This document shows, piece by piece, positions 63,029 to 64,000 of a stretch of DNA of 64,000 nt (position 1 is the stretch's first letter; every line of letters starts with the position of its first letter). The stretch comes from an uncultured Eubacteriales bacterium. Lineage in GTDB: Bacteria; Bacillota; Peptococcia; Peptococcales; SKKY01. The stretch is from NCBI GenBank assembly GCA_964622305.1, contig CAZUPR010000001.1:5433-69432 (forward strand). Direction: 5' to 3'. Below the pieces are notes generated by a model. The model made no database searches. It was not told where the DNA came from and was given only the letters and a program-made list of their open reading frames with translations. The position numbers and the translations under genes are program-made.

Positions 63029-63810
63029 TGGGCCAACACCTTTATCATAGTATATATATCTATAAAGGATCTTTCAAAAAAAGCACTCAGAATGTATATA
63101 TAAAGAGGAATTATTACTAGAGAAAGGATAAAACCAATCCCAATTTTAAGAGGCATCCCTATCATGAAAACGTTCATTTGTGGTACAGTCCTGGCAATAA
63201 TACCCAAAATAAAGTCAGTCGCAAAAAGAGCTCCTACATAGGGAAGGGCAATTTTTAGAGCTATTACAAAAAGATTACTGGTTGCATAGATCACAAAATT
63301 AATAGTTTCCATTTCCACCGTAAAATTTCCCAGAGGTATTATCTGATAGGATTTCATTAAAGCATCTAAAAGTAAAATATGCCCATTCATTGATAAATAA
63401 AAAAACATAGTTAAAAAGTACTTGAAAGTACCCATTACAGGCATTTGTGCTCCAGATTGGGGGTCAACAACGTTTACTATCCCAAAGCCCATTTGCATAT
63501 CTATCATTTGTCCTGCCAGGTTTATTGAAGCAAATAAAAGTGAGGCTATATAACCTATCGAAAGTCCAATAGCAAACTCAGCTAGCCCATAAATAAAAAA
63601 AGACAGTAAGGATGAATCAACGCTTAAAATGCCGGGGGTGCTTAAAGTGGGTACTACAACAATACTGATAAGCAAAGCAAGGCCGGCTTTCATCATTGAT
63701 ATAACATTCTTACTGCTAAATAAAGGGGCGATGATAAGAAAGCCCATTACTCTCAGAAATGTCATCATATATACTGGAAAGTTTTCATAAAAAATCTGTA
63801 GGTATTCCAT
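63025..63810 (-). CDS. fliR: Flagellar export apparatus protein FliR
   Basis: 261 aa, polytopic. Overlaps the flhB start by 4 nt. Confidence 0.94.
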   Translation of the reverse strand: MEYLQIFYENFPVYMMTFLRVMGFLIIAPLFSSKNVISMMKAGLALLISIVVVPTLSTPGILSVDSSLLSFFIYGLAEFAIGLSIGYIASLLFASINLAGQMIDMQMGFGIVNVVDPQSGAQMPVMGTFKYFLTMFFYLSMNGHILLLDALMKSYQIIPLGNFTVEMETINFVIYATSNLFVIALKIALPYVGALFATDFILGIIARTVPQMNVFMIGMPLKIGIGFILSLVIIPLYIYILSAFFERSFIDIYTMIKVLAQ

Positions 63811-63812
63811 AA

Positions 63813-64000
63813 TCAGCTTCCCATTTTAGTCATTATTATAAAAAGATTGTTGGTAAAGGCCAGCAAAATATTAAGCATCCAGGGACCAAGAATTACAATC
63901 ATAATAAAAATAGCAACAATCTTGGGAACGAAGGTCAGAGTTTGTTCCTGAATTTGTGTTGTGGCCTGAAAAATACTTATAGTAAGACCTATTAAAATAC
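63813..64000 (-). CDS. fliQ: Flagellar export apparatus protein FliQ (5' end outside the window)
   Basis: Open frame from the window edge to TGA at 63813-63815. Translation is ...ILIGLTISIFQATTQIQEQTLTFVPKIVAIFIMIVILGPWMLNILLAFTNNLFIIMTKMGS. Confidence 0.9.
   Translation of the reverse strand, partial: ILIGLTISIFQATTQIQEQTLTFVPKIVAIFIMIVILGPWMLNILLAFTNNLFIIMTKMGS

Overview
AT-rich, Firmicute-type chromosome, most like Clostridia or Halanaerobiales judging by gene order and acidic proteins. This is core housekeeping DNA, not an accessory island. All ~62 protein genes are on the minus strand. The only plus-strand features are a tRNA-Asp/tRNA-Thr pair at 1614-1769.

Reading the minus strand from the high coordinates down:
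- End of a fla/che flagellar-chemotaxis operon: fliQ(partial)-fliR-flhB-flhA-flhF-flhG-cheB-cheW-cheC-cheD-fliA-fapA-small ORF.
- rpsB-tsf, then pyrH-frr-uppS-cdsA-dxr-rseP-ispG-proS-polC-ilvE.
- M20 peptidase, an alanine/cation symporter, a lipoprotein and yebC.
- ruvC-ruvA-ruvB-queA-tgt-yajC, then secD-secF.
- recJ-relA-dtd-pduO-MBL-hemZ-hisS-aspS.
- A candidate 6S RNA, tcdA, and a csoR-like regulator with trxA.
- A frameshifted 7TMR-DISM diguanylate cyclase.
- SDR-rarA-mnmA-alaS-ireB-ruvX-DUF1292-mltG-trmR-U32-small ORF-yqeG-aroK-lipoprotein.
- After the plus-strand tRNA pair, a beta-CASP MBL hydrolase that runs off the window edge.

I found no CRISPR array, mobile element, prophage or defence-like cluster, and no convincing novel multi-gene system.

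Observations most worth a second look:
1. polC has no 3'-5' exonuclease (DEDDh) insert in its PHP domain.
2. An unannotated ~180-nt 6S-RNA-like element sits in the conserved aspS-tcdA gap.
3. The diguanylate cyclase is split by a frameshift.
4. The CsoR-family regulator lacks the Cu-ligand His and is paired with trxA behind a CsoR-type operator.
5. None of the four aaRS genes has room for a T-box leader.

CDS coordinates follow the ORF track, except where an internal start is better supported. Hand-derived coordinates for RNA and regulatory sites may be off by 1-2 nt.
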